Of a stretch of DNA of 64,000 bases, positions 15,667-35,466 are shown piece after piece. Origin of the DNA: the human T2T-CHM13v2.0 reference genome, Homo sapiens; assembly GCF_009914755.1 (NCBI RefSeq), contig NC_060926.1; one strand, written 5' to 3'. Numbering within the stretch: the first letter of the stretch is position 1; each line of letters starts with the position of its first letter. Both the position numbers and the translations under genes were made by a program. The notes under the pieces were generated by a model. It worked only from the letters and a program-made list of their open reading frames with translations. It had not been told where the DNA came from and made no database searches.

Positions 15667-17329
15667 GAAGCTAGACAGAAAGAACAAGCATTTTTTTAGG
15701 TGGCAACAGTAGCACAGTTGGAAAACAGTTGAACAGTCCAGTTTGGCTAAAACGTAGAACTTGTGTACAAAGTAGTGGGAGATAAGAAAGGAAGGGCATT
15801 TTAAAGACATAGTGTTACAGCCTTAAATACTTAACTCAAATTTTAATCATTATTTTTGAGCAGGGTAGTATTACAATTGGGATTGTATTTAGGAATAGAA
15901 ATCAGCCAGAAACATAATATAAAATGATGGAGAGGAGGAAGGAGGAAATGAGGCTGGACCCTGGATGCAGACCTGTTATCATAGTCAGGGCTCAAGGTGA
16001 TAGAAAACTTAATATCAAGGCTTCAGGTGATGCATGTTTTAGATTTGCTGAAGTGTATATAAAATATATATATATATGTATATATATAAACATTGTATAA
16101 TTTTATATACCAGCTGGGGTGCATGGTCACTTAACTCAGTGATTAACCTGGGAAAGTAGGGGAGAGGAAAGGTGCCAGAACCTTCTAGCCAGTGCTACCC
16201 AAAGTGCATCAGTTTTGGTTCTTGATGAAACAAACACAGCATTGAGAGCGTTTAGAAACATTAAAAGCAGCTGACAGAATAATCATATATCTGTTGAATC
16301 TAATGATAGAAATGTTGGGTTTGTATTTTGTATGTGTTTTAAAAGATTTCTTTTTCTAGTAATTCACTTTGAATGTATTTTACAAATCCATCAGTTGGTG
16401 ATGGATTAGAGAGAAACAAACAACAACGGCTCCTTCACTGTGGATGGTTTGAGAAGCATTATTCGAGCCCGCCCTGTGCCTTCTGTGGCTGCTGGTTACC
16501 GTTGCCTCCCTTATCCTGAGATACAGCAGTCTGAGGTGTCTCTGAGGTTTTTTGGTTTTATTCTTTTTGCTTAGCTGAGTTTTACAATCATTGTCACCCA
16601 GCACGCCCCTCCTTTTTATTTTTATTTATAAATACATTTCCAGAATTTGGCATAGGAGAAGCCCTTGACTTGATTGACATTTAATACAGAACTAGAAGAG
16701 AGGGATTTTTTATTTTATAAAATATTTTGAAACATATTTTAACAGTACACACATACCTTGATCTAGTTTAATGACAAAATAATGTCACAAAGGGATCTAC
16801 CCTCTTTCCTTCATTTTTCTGAAGATCCATTTTCTTCCTTGTATCTGTTGCAGATTTGTTTTCATATTATGATCATATTATATAGTTGGGATGTGTGAAT
16901 CCCAGAAATAAAGTTGGTGTTTCTCCTTGTTCCAGGATTGCTCATAAGCAGTTTGACTCTCTTGAAGCAGGATGGGATATGATTTAGATTTGTCAACTTT
17001 GTGTTAACCCTAGAAAGTCATGTGAGTACTTCATGAAAATACTCTTTAGCAGAAGATCCTGGAATACTGATAGTGTTGGCATTCTTAGTCTCTTTTCCAT
17101 AGACCAGCAACTCACAAGTATGGTCCAAGGACTGCTGGTATTTCCAGGACTCTTTCAGAGAGTACATGAGGTAAAAACTATTTTCAAAATAAAATTAAGA
17201 ATTTCCATACCTCATGAGTGAATAGTGGAGTATTCCAGAGGCTACATGGTGTCATCACTCTGATAGCCAAGGCCATATTTGCTTGTGTGTTCTTGCATTT
17301 TAGAAATTTTCTCGGATTTTACCAAAGTT

Positions 17330-19290
<1,961 letters not shown>

Positions 19291-19489
19291 TTTTTTTTAA
19301 AAACCTGTGTTCTAATTTCAGATAGGCTAAATGTCAACAGAGATAGCACACATAAATAGGAGCACTTCATGATTCTCATTACTTGTAAAAGGGAGTCCCA
19401 AACACTTTGAGAACTGCTGCTGTAGACTTTATGGCCTGTTGTATTTGGTAGTAGATTCAAAACAGCATATAAACATTTCCAGGATTGTT

Positions 19490-20185
<696 letters not shown>

Positions 20186-20778
20186 TCACATCAATGTAGA
20201 GTAAAGCTGAGATCTTCACCAATTGCTCTTTGAAATCAATCCTTCTTATAAGCTTCCAGCATCTAGGGCTTAGTATCATTGGTTCAGGTACATTTGATGA
20301 ACACTCAGGTGTAGAAATCTCAAGTGTTTATCCCCAGGGTTTCTAATGTGTGCCATTCTGTGTTATGACTTACAGCCACTTAATGTCACCACTAGCATTT
20401 AGAGACAGACATTGGTCAGAATAAAAGACATCTCACAGCCACCCTGTAAGGTGGCACAGTGGATGTATGTTGTTTTGTCTGCCTAGCACGTCTTTTCCCC
20501 TTCTTCTTGTAGTAGTATCCCATGCCCATGTTCTTTTCCCTCCTTCATCCATGTGATTCTGCTAGGACTGTCTAGTGCAGTTCCCCTTCTGCCTGGCAGG
20601 GGTTAGTTTAAGAACTGGGTATGTGATCTAAGCTTGCCCAGTCAGAGTCCTTCCTAGGACATTTACAAACTTAAGTAGGAAGGAAAAATCCTTTTCTTTT
20701 CTGAGATATTTGTAAGCTTGAATTGAGTCCAGAACTATAAGAAGCTGTGTTTCTCATCACGTGGGAAAAGACTCTAGA

Positions 20779-21095
20779 CAGCACTGTCCAGTACCAATAT
20801 AATGCAAGCCGCATATGCAACTTAACATTTTCTAGTAACCACATTGAAAGAACTAAAATGAAGTAGGTGAAATAATGTTTTAATAATGTTTTACTTAACG
20901 CATTATACTCAAAATATCATTTCAACATATAATCAAAATAAAAATTGTTAATGACTCATTGTATGATTACATATTTTGTGCCAAGTCTTTAAAATCCAGT
21001 GTATTTACCCTTTACCACCTCTCAGTTCAGACTAGTCACATTCTAGGTACTCAGTAACCACATTTGGCTAGTAACTGCCATTTTGGACAGTGCAG
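20779..21095. mobile_element. MER33 (hAT-Charlie) inserted in an old MLT1-like LTR (about 20460-21350)
   Basis: TIRs cagcactgtcca / tggacagtgcag with ctctagac/ctctacac-like target duplication. Confidence 0.75.
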
Positions 21096-21354
21096 CTCTA
21101 CACAGTGAGAATGAAAGGAAGCCAACATGGAAAATGATGAGTGATAAAGATTTAGAGAGAAAGAGTACTGTCAGTGCTGAGATTTTTGGTTTTGGTCCTT
21201 GAGGTTTGAGAAACTATTTTGGCTCCAGCTCCTATAACCAGCTCTTCTTTGGAATCTTTGAGCCCCTCCCATAGTTTTCCAATAAGTAACTTTTTTTTAT
21301 GTGAGTATGATTTGGGTTCCTGTCACTTATGATCAAAAAAATCTTGACTCATCC

Positions 21355-21520
21355 AGTAAGCCAGTAAGGCATTATTATCTTCATTTTTTTAAGATGAGGA
21401 AACCTAAGCTCAGAGAAGTTGAATGGGTTACCCAGGGTTATCCTAACTGTATGAACTGTATGTGGCAGGGCCTGGATTTCAATTCAGGTCTGTCTCACTC
21501 AAAAGCCCACGCTCTTTTTA
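21355..21520 (+). mobile_element. MIR
   Basis: Core agatgaggaaacctaagctcagagaagtt. Confidence 0.8.
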
Positions 21521-22231
21521 CCCCAAGAGACTACCATGGAGGCTTCCTGTAGAGCAAGCCGTTTTCACTGGATGAAGGGTTGGGATTTCAATGCTTCACA
21601 TATTCTTTGTAGTCTCTGATACAGTGGAACTGTGAAAATGCTTATTTTTTGACAGGAACTTTTTAGTGGAGACCCATAGTAGTCCTGTCAACAAATCTCA
21701 CCTCCCTTTCTTTCTAAAAAAGTGACATTAGCAAGTTACTTGGCACTGAATGGAACTTAGTTTGCTACTACGTATCTTGTGGGCATCTGCAGGCTATCTT
21801 GTAAAATGGTGGAGTAATCTAATCTTGTTTCATTTGAAGTATATTGGCCTGTCCAGGAAACTTTATTAGCACCTCTAAACAATTACGTCATTAAAGGGCA
21901 AGACTTAGAAGCCTTGTTAAGGCTGTGTAAGATCTGTTTTCCAACTTAAATGAAGTTAAGCAAATTCCCATAATAATTTTAGAATGATTCAGTGTTTTCT
22001 AGTTATCGTAAATGATATTGCAAAAAGCTGGAAATCAACATGAAGCTATTCTTTTTCATTTTTCAGAATCAGCCTTTTGAATGATTCCTATACTCTAATG
22101 TTCAATTGATACTTGATTCATTTTAGAAAATTGTCATAGACCCATATACTTGAGAATTGGCATGTGTGAGGCTGAAGTTTTATGCTAGTGCACCCAGGCA
22201 ATCCATAATTGCAGTAAAGAAACATATACTT

Positions 22232-22577
<346 letters not shown>

Positions 22578-23370
22578 TTAGCACACCATCAGAAGTTTCT
22601 TTATTAGACAATCATAACAAATCAAGGCGGTTTAACTTTAGTCAACACTGTAATATAAAGCTATCCCAAATTAAAATCTACAAAGCAAGAATCCTGACTT
22701 GTTCATAAGTGTGAGGTCTAAACCTGTTACCACTATCACCTCTTCTCACTTGAAAATTCCACTGGTGCCTCTTTAATGCCACGTATTAAACATAAAAAAA
22801 GATACTAAGTTTACATTGAGAGTCTTCCTATTCCTGATCCGGTCAGACTGCTCTGGCTTCTCACTCACAGGTACTATGGCTAGCAGCAAATTATAATGCC
22901 GTAAAGAACTGTGCTCACGAGGTTCTGGCCGTGACAGGAGCCACTCCTTGGGTTGTGGTTCTCCTTAATATCGCCTCTGTTATTCTAAGCCTGAATAGTC
23001 TGGGATGAGGGAAAGGAAACTACATCCATCCACACATACACAGCTTGAAGGAGCTTCTAGGATAGCTGACAAAGTTCTGTTTCTCTACCTGGGTGGTTTT
23101 GTCCTGTAGTAATTCGCTAAGCTATAGATAGGTTTTGTGTAGTTTTCCATATTTGTATTTTATTTTGCAATAAAAACATAATTTTAAAAAGCAATATATT
23201 GAATACAGAAAGTTTTAAGGAATTATATTTTCTCTCCATTTGCCCTGCCTGGTTTTGCCTTTTGTTAAGAAACCTAGGACATGAAATTTATCATAATGTA
23301 AGAAAATCTCCTTCAGAGCCGTTCTTGGAAAAGGATCCACCAATTTATTCAACAATATTTATTGAACTGT

Positions 23371-23717
23371 GGCTGGGTGCGGTAGCTCATGCCTGTAATC
23401 CCAGCACTTTGGGAGGCCGAGGCAGGCGGATCACTTGTGGTCTGGAGTTTGAGACCAGCCTGGCCAACGTGGTGAAACCCTGTCTCTACTAAAAAAAAAA
23501 AAAAAAAAAAAATTACAAAAATTAGCTGGGCGTGGTGACACATGCCTGTAGTCCCAGCTACTCAGGAGGCCGAGGTAGGAGAACCACTTGAACCTGGAAG
23601 GTGGAAGTTGTAGTGAGCCGAGATCGCGCCACTGCACTCCAGCCTAGGCGACAGAATGAGACTCCATCTCATCTCAAAAAAAAAATAAATAAATAAAAAA
23701 TAAAAAAATAAAAAAAA
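23371..23717 (+). mobile_element. AluS element with an expanded middle A-run
   Basis: Full dimer, A22 linker, (TAAAA)n-type tail. Confidence 0.92.
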
Positions 23718-23957
23718 CAGCCACGATAATTTATTAAATTGTGACTCTGACTTAGGCATTGTATTCTATGCTGACGTATATATGTTGGTAAATATGATAA
23801 ATGTGGTCAGTGTTCCTCACTGTACTTATTAGTCATATCAGTAATATGACAGCTTAAAAGGCTTTTTATTCTTTAGTATATTGTTTGGGAATATTATTAT
23901 ATATATTTATATTTGAAGTCACTGATAGCCTCTTTTGTAGACATGTATCGATAGGTT

Positions 23958-24770
23958 ATATTAGTTATCTATTGCTGCATAATACGTTACTCGACATTTA
24001 GTGGCTTAAGACAATAAACATTCATTATCTCACAGTTTTTCTGGCTTAGGAATTTGGGATTGAGTTAGCTGAGAAGTTCCAGCTCAGTGTCTCTCAAGTG
24101 GCTGCAGTAGCCATCTGAAAGATGAACTGGGGCTGGAGGATGCACTTCCAAGATGGTTCACTCACATGGCTGTTATTAGGAAGGCTTGATGCCTCATCAC
24201 ATCGGCTTCTCCAAAGGCTGCTTGAGTGTCTTCACAACATGGGGCTTGACTTCTTCCAGAACAAGCAATCCAAGGAAGAGTGAGGACGCCACAGGGCCTT
24301 TTTTGACCTAGTGTGAAGTCTTACACTGCCACTTCCTTTTACTCACTTCATGGAAGTTATTTAGGTCTAGCCCATACTTAAGATAAAGGGAATTATCTCC
24401 ACCGTTTGAAGGTAGGAATATCGAAGAGTTTGTGGACATTTTAATTTTATTTTGTTTAATTAATTTATTTATTTTTGAGGCGGAGTTTTGCTCTTGTCGC
24501 CCAGGCTGGAGTGCAATGGTGCAATCTCAGCTCACTGGGTTCAAATGATTCTCCTGCCTCAGCCTCCTGAATAGCTGGGATTACAGGCATGTGCCACCAC
24601 GCCCGGCTAATTTTTGTATTTTTAGTAGAGATGGCGTTTCACCATGTTGGCCAGGCTGGTCTCAAACTCCTGACCTCAGGTGATCTGCCTGCCTCTGCCT
24701 CCCACAGTGCTGGGATTACAGGCGTGAGCCACTGCGCGTGGCCCTTGTGGACATGTTTTAAAACCACACA
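23958..24770 (-). mobile_element. MLT1 (F/G-like) LTR interrupted by an AluS (-) at about 24440-24743
   Basis: tattagttatctattgctgcataa...aaaaccacaca. Alu TSD ttgtggacat. Confidence 0.8.
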
Positions 24771-27397
24771 GGTATTAGGTAGGTAGGCAGAGAGATAGAA
24801 AGATAGTTAGATACTCAGATCTATAATAATAGCTCTTGAATGTTATTAATATATTGTCCCTGTCCCTTCTACTTACTTACATCAATTTTATACCACGGTC
24901 ATACTGAACAGTTAACCTGAACACATCTTATACTTTCTTGATTTTGTGTCTTCCTCAATCTGTAATACTCCACATTACAATTTCTATCTGTCGAAATCTT
25001 ACCCATCAGATATGGCATTATACAACGGTCACCTCCAGGAAGAGTGCAAGTTTGAGGAAAGGCCCAGAGGTGGATGAGTTTGAATTCTGTTCAAGGACAA
25101 ACAAGATTGTTGAGTGTGGAATGCCAGATTAAAGGATTTGGATTTCATCAGTACACATTAAAGAGTCATGTCAGGTTTTAAAACAGTCAAGGTACAAAGT
25201 GGCACCTTAAGACTTCACTGGGGAAGGCACATGGAGGGAAGGAGCATAGGTTAAAGGAGGCTACTGGAACTAGAAATGAAGTGATCCACAGGTAGCAGTA
25301 CAAACAGGAAGGAAGGGCAGATGCTGGGAAGAGTTGAAGCTCCTTATGGCAGAATTGGTGTAATTCACCTTTGTATTTTCTTGCTTTATAGCACAGTGCC
25401 CTGAACACAGTGTATACTCAGTAAGAATTTTCTTTTTTCCTTTTTTAAAAAAATTTCTTTTTAAAGAAAAAATAATATATGCGTGTATGTAAAATGATTT
25501 AATGATAATGTAGATGAGTTCTTACATTATTTGAGTGGACCTCGCTTTTTCTACTTTTTTTTTTAAAGAAACACTGTGATCCACAATTGTAGCAATTAAA
25601 ATCTTAAATCTAAAAGAAACATAAAAGGGAATATAATGCTAGAGCTCATTCTATTTTTATTCAGTACATATATATTACTTAGTATGATGAGACTACCGTA
25701 ATAAAGAATAGGAACAGACTTCTGATTATGTAATAGCCTGCAATTATTTTTATGGCTATTGCATTCCAATCTTCTTATGCAATATTTACAACCTACATAT
25801 GTAGCGAGGGCACAAAATACAAGTTCTAACAATCCTAACCATAAATCAGAATCAAAGCATGCAGTATAACATTTGTGACCTCCCTTGGCTGCTGCAGACA
25901 GCCTTTGTTAAGAATACATAAAATACTGAGTTTACAACTCTGTGGTAGATCTGGGATTTTAAGTTATAAAACTTAATCACTCTCTACCCCATAATTAAAG
26001 ATTCTGTCAAGACAATTTGATATTAGTTTAATTGTGAAGATGGTGAAAAACTCTTATATTCCATTTTGGAAAAATAAAAACACAAAATGTTTTAAATATT
26101 GTATGAGTGTAATGAGAATTTCAGCAGATTATAACTACAAAAGATTATGATTCAGCCTGAAAACATAACCTATGGAAAATCATCAACTGTGCAGAATGAG
26201 CTCTTCCAGATGACAGATCTTACTAAGAAAACCTGCCAATGAAAGATAGAGAATGCTAGAAGAAAAAGAATCCCGTTGACTTTCAACATATGGCCCCGAC
26301 ACCGACATATCTTATAGTTTTTAGTGAATAGCAACCCAAAATAACTAGGTTGATAAAAACTAAAAAAAATGAGTGCGTGAATTTAAAAAATTCTGCTTTG
26401 ACTTTTTCTCCGCTTTTATTTCAAAGGGTGTTTTAATGGAAAATAAGTGTGCATGTGTTTGTGTATGAGAGTGTGAAGGGGTACAGCTTAATTACATTTT
26501 CACTTTTCAGGATAATGGAGACTCCTGGCAAACTGAATAAAGATAGCTATCCATGTATATTTACATATCAGTGAGAAAAGCTTCTTCATCATCATCTATT
26601 AGCCTGTTGGTTCTCTCAGCTACCTCATACCCCTGCATTTGTTCTCTTCCTCTCTTGTTTTCTCCAGGCGTTTTTCTTACATCCCCTTCTTTAGTTAGCC
26701 TTTTCAACAACTGCTTAAAATTAAAGGATCCACTGGCAATTATCTGGTTTACTTACTTGGTATTAGGAAATTATACAATATGTTGGAATGTTCTGTGATT
26801 GTTACTCATGTATTCATTTTCACTTTCATTCAATAAATATTTGTTGAGTACCTACTACATGCCAAGCACTGCACTAGAGAAATCTATAGTTTACAGGCCA
26901 TACCCTATCTAATGTACTTCCAGATATCCTTGGAATATAATGGATTAAAGAGTTGCAGAAGTTAAGCTTACAGGTTAAGCCTACTTCTAACACTTCCTTC
27001 CCTGAAATGGAACTGTTTCAGATAGGCCTTCTTTCTAGAGAGCTTAGTTCTTCCTAAATTCCATTAAGATTGCCCTGCTACCATGAGAATTGTGGTGCTA
27101 CTTTCGAGCAGGATTGGCCCAATGGGAAGATTGACTGCCGAGTAAATGCAAGCAGTGGATAAATGCAGACACACAATAATGTCAGTATTCCATTTCTGTT
27201 GCTTATTGGTTGCATGCCTTGGCTTCCTCATCTGAAAAAAATAGTGAGGCTGTAACTACATACTTCCAAGAGTATCTGTGAAGGTTAAATGAGTTAATAC
27301 ATGTAACTGGTTAGTTCAGACTACCACAGAGCTCTTGATGAATGTTATTTATTATCATTCTTGTTACTGTGATTGTTATAAAAATTCAAGTATGTTT

Positions 27398-27547
27398 CTT
27401 TTTTGAGATAGGGTCTCGCTCTGTTGCGCAGGCTGGATCACAGAGGTTTAATTCATAGCTCACTGCAGCCTCTAACTGCTGGGCTCAACTGATCCTTCCA
27501 TCTTAGCTTCCAGAATAGCTGGGACTACAGGCACATGCCACCATGCT
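27398..27547 (-). mobile_element. Alu monomer or AluJ right-arm fragment
   Basis: Single diverged antisense arm. Confidence 0.8.
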
Positions 27548-28001
27548 AAAAATTCATTCTTAAAGTAACAGGACAAATATTTACTAATTACTGTGATTTA
27601 TATATCAAATCCAATTTGAGATATTACGTGGAATCAACTTAAAAGAACTAGACCTACTCAGGCACAGTTTCAAATAGCTTCATTAAACCTAACTATAATC
27701 AAATTACTTTTTCACTCTAGTCTTCCTTATTGCTCTAAGAAAATCTTTTAATTTGCACAACAGCTTTCTAGTGTCTGTTTCTGCCTGCTTCAGGGTGCTA
27801 TGAAAACTATCCCCTCTGTTAGGTAACCTGCAAGTTTTTATCTTTGAGCATTCCTACTATAATGCCCCATGCATGTCTCTTTTTCTGTGGATTGAAGCTA
27901 CTTTGTCATGTCTCACCTCCAATGGCCATACGCTGGCTCTCTTAAAAAATCCTCAGGGAGGTTTTTATTTTATTCAGTAAAGAAAAAAGCCTCATTTCTG
28001 A

Positions 28002-28325
<324 letters not shown>

Positions 28326-28559
28326 TAAAGTTCATTGAACTTTACTCTCAAGTAAAGTTACACTCAAGATTTGTGCACTTTAGTTTTTATATACCTTTAG
28401 AAAAAAAGGTGTTAAATCACAGTTAAGAGCCTGAGCAAGAGCTCAAGCTCTTAGTGAGATCATAGCACACCACCACTTACTGTGTAACCTTGGCAAGTTA
28501 CTCAACGCCCCCGCCCCCAGCCTCAGTTTTCTTAATTATTAAATGAGAATAAGATCTGC

Positions 28560-30520
<1,961 letters not shown>

Positions 30521-30727
30521 AGTTTTTAATGCCATGCTGCCTTTCCTTCTCTTTCTCTGCTAGATTGAGTTCTCTGGTATTGAGCTGGCTCTGCCGTTTA
30601 TCAGTAGGACTTAAGCTCTCTAATCCTCCCCTTCTCATCTTTTGAGTAAGGTATCGTTCTAGATGATTTCCAAGCTTTCTTACACCCTTAACTATTGTCC
30701 TTTTTTCTTTTTTAAAACATAGAAATT

Positions 30728-31025
30728 GCTGGGTGTGGTGGCTCACACTTGTAATCCCAGCACTTTGGGAGGCTGAGGCAGGAGGATTGCTTGAGGCCAG
30801 GGGTTTGAGACCAGCCTGGGCAACATAATGAGACCTTGTCTTTACAAAAAAAATTATTTTAATTAGCCAGTTGTCGTGGTGTGCTTCTGTAGTCCCAGCT
30901 ACTCAAGAGGCTGAGGCAGGAGGACCATTAGAGCCCCAAAATTTAAGGTTGAAGTAAACCATGATCTTGCCAGTGCACTCCAGCCTGGATGACAGAGCAA
31001 GACCCTGTCTCTAAATAATCAATAA
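30728..31025 (+). mobile_element. AluJ-like element
   Basis: Diverged dimer with ggaggattgcttgagg. Confidence 0.88.
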
Positions 31026-31469
31026 GAAATCTGTTTACTTTTTTGTTTTTTATAAATACGTGTTCATTGTAAAAAATGTATGAATGCATGTAAAATAGAA
31101 AAGGAAAAATTCATGAAATTCTACCCCCTAGAAATGAACACTAATAATAATATAATATCCATCAGTTGAGGCTGTTTTGGTAATTTTCTTAATTGGCTTC
31201 TTTGAGTTAACTGTGTATTGTGGACTCACCACATCCTTTGGGCGGGAAAAAAGATTGTATAGGATTCTGGATTCTGATAAATGAATGTGTCATAATTTAA
31301 TTAATGGTGCTAGATAGTAAGATTGTTTTTAACTTTTTGGGGAGTGGGGGAGGTACTCTTACAAAGAGTGCTACAGTGAATATCCATGAACACACAGACA
31401 TATATATCTAATTGCTAATTAGGATAAAGTCTTATGAGTAGTATTCCTGGGTTAAGCAATATCCAGGTT

Positions 31470-31572
31470 TTTATATATAAATATATTTACATATACATAG
31501 ATACGTATATATTTACACATATATACACACACATATATACACATATATATACACACACATATATATACATAT
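31470..31572. repeat. (TA)/(CA) low-complexity repeat
   Basis: Iterations of atatacacacacatatatac. Confidence 0.85.
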
Positions 31573-31743
31573 TTGTAACTCCCAGGATATTCTGTCAGTT
31601 TACATTTCCTATAATTTTTATGACTGGTGCTCAAAGATCTGGTTATACTTGGAAGAAATTGCTGGGGCCATTAGGAATTGGGGTAGTGGACAATTCAGAA
31701 AGTAGACATGAATTTATTTGTGACAAATAGCTATTCTCTTACC

Positions 31744-31966
31744 CAGTGTTTTCAGCCTCAGCACTATTGACATTTTTGGCCAGATAATTCATTTTTGCTG
31801 GGGGCTATCATGTATGTTATAGAATGTTTAGCAGCATTCCTGGCATCTGCCTGCCAGATGCTAGTGTAATTCCCCTCCTGCCCCCAAGTTGTGATAGCCA
31901 AAAATATCTATAGATGTTGCCAAATGTCCCCGGGAGGGCAAAATTACCCCTGGTTGAAAACCACTG
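31744..31966. mobile_element. MER20 DNA transposon
   Basis: cagtgttttcagcctcagcactattgacatttt...gccaaatgtcccc...ggttgaaaaccactg, both TIRs present. Confidence 0.85.
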
Positions 31967-33041
31967 AATATTCATTCAACAGATACAGAGTGCCTTAATT
32001 CTGAGAAGGGAGTCTAGGACCAGGACTTACAAAGCAAAATTCAAATTTAGCCTTTTATGTGTTTGTATGTTTGTGAATAAAACAGGGTTTTTACTTCCCT
32101 AACCCCTATATGAGAAGTCATGCCGTATTATACTGTTGATAAATTTTCAGTGGACTGATTTCCCTTTCTGTGGACTTTCTCACTATCTTTTTTCTTTACT
32201 GACCTCCATGGCATTAGTTGGGGTGAGGGGAGGTGAAAAGCGTGAAGTACGTATGGGACAGAATGGTCAGCCAAGCTGACCAGGACCAGTGGAGGGTGCC
32301 TGTTCACCACCCCGAGACTCTCCATTTATTTAGGTGAATTTAGCTTTTCAAGCTTTGTTTGAGATGTAAGTTTTCCTTGAAAATAATAGGCTTTATTTGT
32401 ACTTTTAGTGTACATCTCACTAAATTGATATTTATTAAAGAAGTTCATTCTTCTTCCAAGATTTTTGGAAGTGGGAGGTTTGATATAGACCAAGAAAAAG
32501 GAGGGCAAGTTGATGGAGCTCCCCTAGGACATGCTTAGAGTAGTCACAGATTTTTTTCAGTTCACGGACCCTTGGGGACACATCTGCATTGATGCCTGAA
32601 GATTTTCCTTACTACAAAGTCTTAAGAAGGCAGCTGTTGCCCTTGCCTGCCTCCGTTTTTAATACCGAGTGCACCCAATTTAGCTAATACAAGTTCTAAC
32701 AAGCAAGCCTTTTTCCTTGATCACAATGGACACTTTGGACTTAGCTGCTGGGACACACAACTGTCTGGATTGGACTGCACCTCTGTAAAAGCTGAGAAGG
32801 CTGTTTAGGTTTTTTGTTGTTGTTTTTTCTTTTAAGTGCAGATTAACTGGGCCTTCAGGCTCCTAACAAATTAGTAATAGAGCTGTATAACTTTGAGGCC
32901 CTACTCCTTTAGTAAACAGTGGCTCCCAATACATAATGCTGTTCCCTTCTAAGCAAAGAATATTTGTGTTTAGGTAAGAAAGAATAAAAGTAAGGTTAAA
33001 TTTCAAAGTATGGCCTCTATAAAAACAAAAACATCACGTTT

Positions 33042-33104
33042 TTCTCTCTCTCTCTCTCTCTTTCTCTGTGCATGTGTGTGTGTGTGTGTGTGCGTGTGTG
33101 TGTG
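33042..33104. repeat. (TC)n(TG)n compound microsatellite
   Basis: Directly visible. Confidence 0.95.
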
Positions 33105-33495
33105 CATGCAGTGTGTCTTTTTAGGGGCCGTCACCTGCTTTTGCTGATTGTATAAATCTCATGTTTCACAGTTTTGATAGATAATGGAAAATCATTCTGA
33201 TTAATTGCTTAAATGCAGTATGCAGTATTTGCTACTTATATGTCAGAAGTCACTGCAAATAGGCAGCTAATTCAAATGCTTTTTAGAATTTATGATTCCT
33301 GAAACTATAATAGAACTATTATTTTCACTTCATTTGAATGAGAGACTCTGTACTTCCACATTGTCTCATGTATTTTTTCTTTCCTTTGTATAGCTTATTT
33401 TATATTGTATATGTTATATACAATATACTAAATAAATATGTTGTATATTGTAGTTTATTAGATTTAATTAAAATTTTTTGAGGTGGGAAATTTTG

Positions 33496-33812
33496 GGCCA
33501 GGTGTGGCGGCTCATGCCTGTAATCCCAACACTTTGGAAGGCTAAGGTGGGCGGAGCACTTGGGCCCACGAGTTAGAGAGCAGCCTGTGCAACATAAGGA
33601 GACCCTGTCTCTACAACAAAAAATAAAAATGTATAAAAATTAACTGGGCATGGTGGCATGCACTTGTATTCCAGCATACAAGGGGGCTAAGGTGGGAGGA
33701 TCGCTTGAGCCTGGGAGGTCAAGGCTGCAGTGAGCTGTGATGGCACCACTGTACTCCAGCCTGGGTGGCAGAGCAAAACCCTTTCTCAAAAAGAAAAGAA
33801 AAGAAAAGAAAA
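33496..33812 (+). mobile_element. AluJ-like element
   Basis: Diverged dimer with (GAAAA)n tail. Confidence 0.88.
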
Positions 33813-33961
33813 TCTCATCCCTGTTTTTAAATGAAATTTTAGATAAAATATTTTTAGATAAAACATTTTAGATAAAAAATTTTTATGGCAACAACTCCTC
33901 TTTCAGTAATTCAGCATATACTGTATTTGAGATCATTTAAATCCTAGATAACCATTGAAAA

Positions 33962-34320
<359 letters not shown>

Positions 34321-35466
34321 CATTGAACATTTTTAATAGAAAGTTTTATCATCTCAATTTTCTCTTTTTACTTTGTATAAAGATATTTCTGTACCATGCA
34401 CTCTTTAAGGACAGGCTCCATGCCTTATTCATCTGTATATCATTGCCTAATTTAGGTGATAAGCAAGGTTTTATCAACTTGATATATTCTTTCATTAATT
34501 AGAAATTGGCAGTAGGGGTAAATGACTTAGAAAATCTGTAAATATTCTCTCAAATGCCACTGTCTTTCATTTTTAGAGGCTGACAGGCCTTTTCAGCCTT
34601 TAGGTTTTAGAGACAAACACTAAAATTACCCAGAGCTTTGCCTACTTTCTAACAATAGTATTAAATGTAATTAATAATTAATAGGAATGGAGAGACGAGT
34701 TAGTTATAAAAGTACATAAATGTTTGTAACAATAAGCACAACCTGCTATATTTGAATATCTTCTTACAGCATATTTAAATTAAGTTTTTCCTTTTTAAGA
34801 ACTAAAGTTTTAAGATAAGACTATTGTGTTTCGTTCCTATATGCTTTATGAACTTAAAATATTTTTATGGAGTCTGTAAGCTGCTATTAAAATTGTATTA
34901 ACTTTTGGCTTTTATTCCATAGTATAATTATCCTTGATTACAGACTCCAGAAGAGGTAGTGTACAGAGGAGCTGTTTATTTCACAAAAAACTTGACATAG
35001 GATTCTAGAACTTCTAAGGATAAAGGCTGTTATTTTTGAGATAATTTAAACCCAAATAAATATTATTTTAGAGGAAGATTACAGTTAGGGTTTTTTTGAG
35101 GGGAGGGGACAACTATCTTCTGTTTTGAAGAACAAATACTCTTCATTGTGGGTTGTTGTGACACCCAGAATTTCTAGCAATACCATGTTTGATCCTATCT
35201 CTTTATTTCCTAACCTCCCTCTCACTCCCTCAACTCCACCCCAAAGAAAATTCTCAGGAATTACATCAAAAACACTATATCATGTTATCAGACTTCCTTT
35301 TCTTGATTCTCTAGAGTGACAATATCTTGGAAAGACAGGACAATGTTGAACATAGTTTTCATAAAATTCATGATTATATCAAGAAAATTAAATACCAACA
35401 GAGAGAAAACAAGGATGACCACTTGGTTTCTGGCTTAAGTAACTGGGTAGATGTTTGCGCCATTTA

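Noticed and set aside
16054-16110. Inverted repeat gtatataaaat...attttatatac
   Set aside because: It lies in (TA)-rich low-complexity sequence where palindromes are expected.
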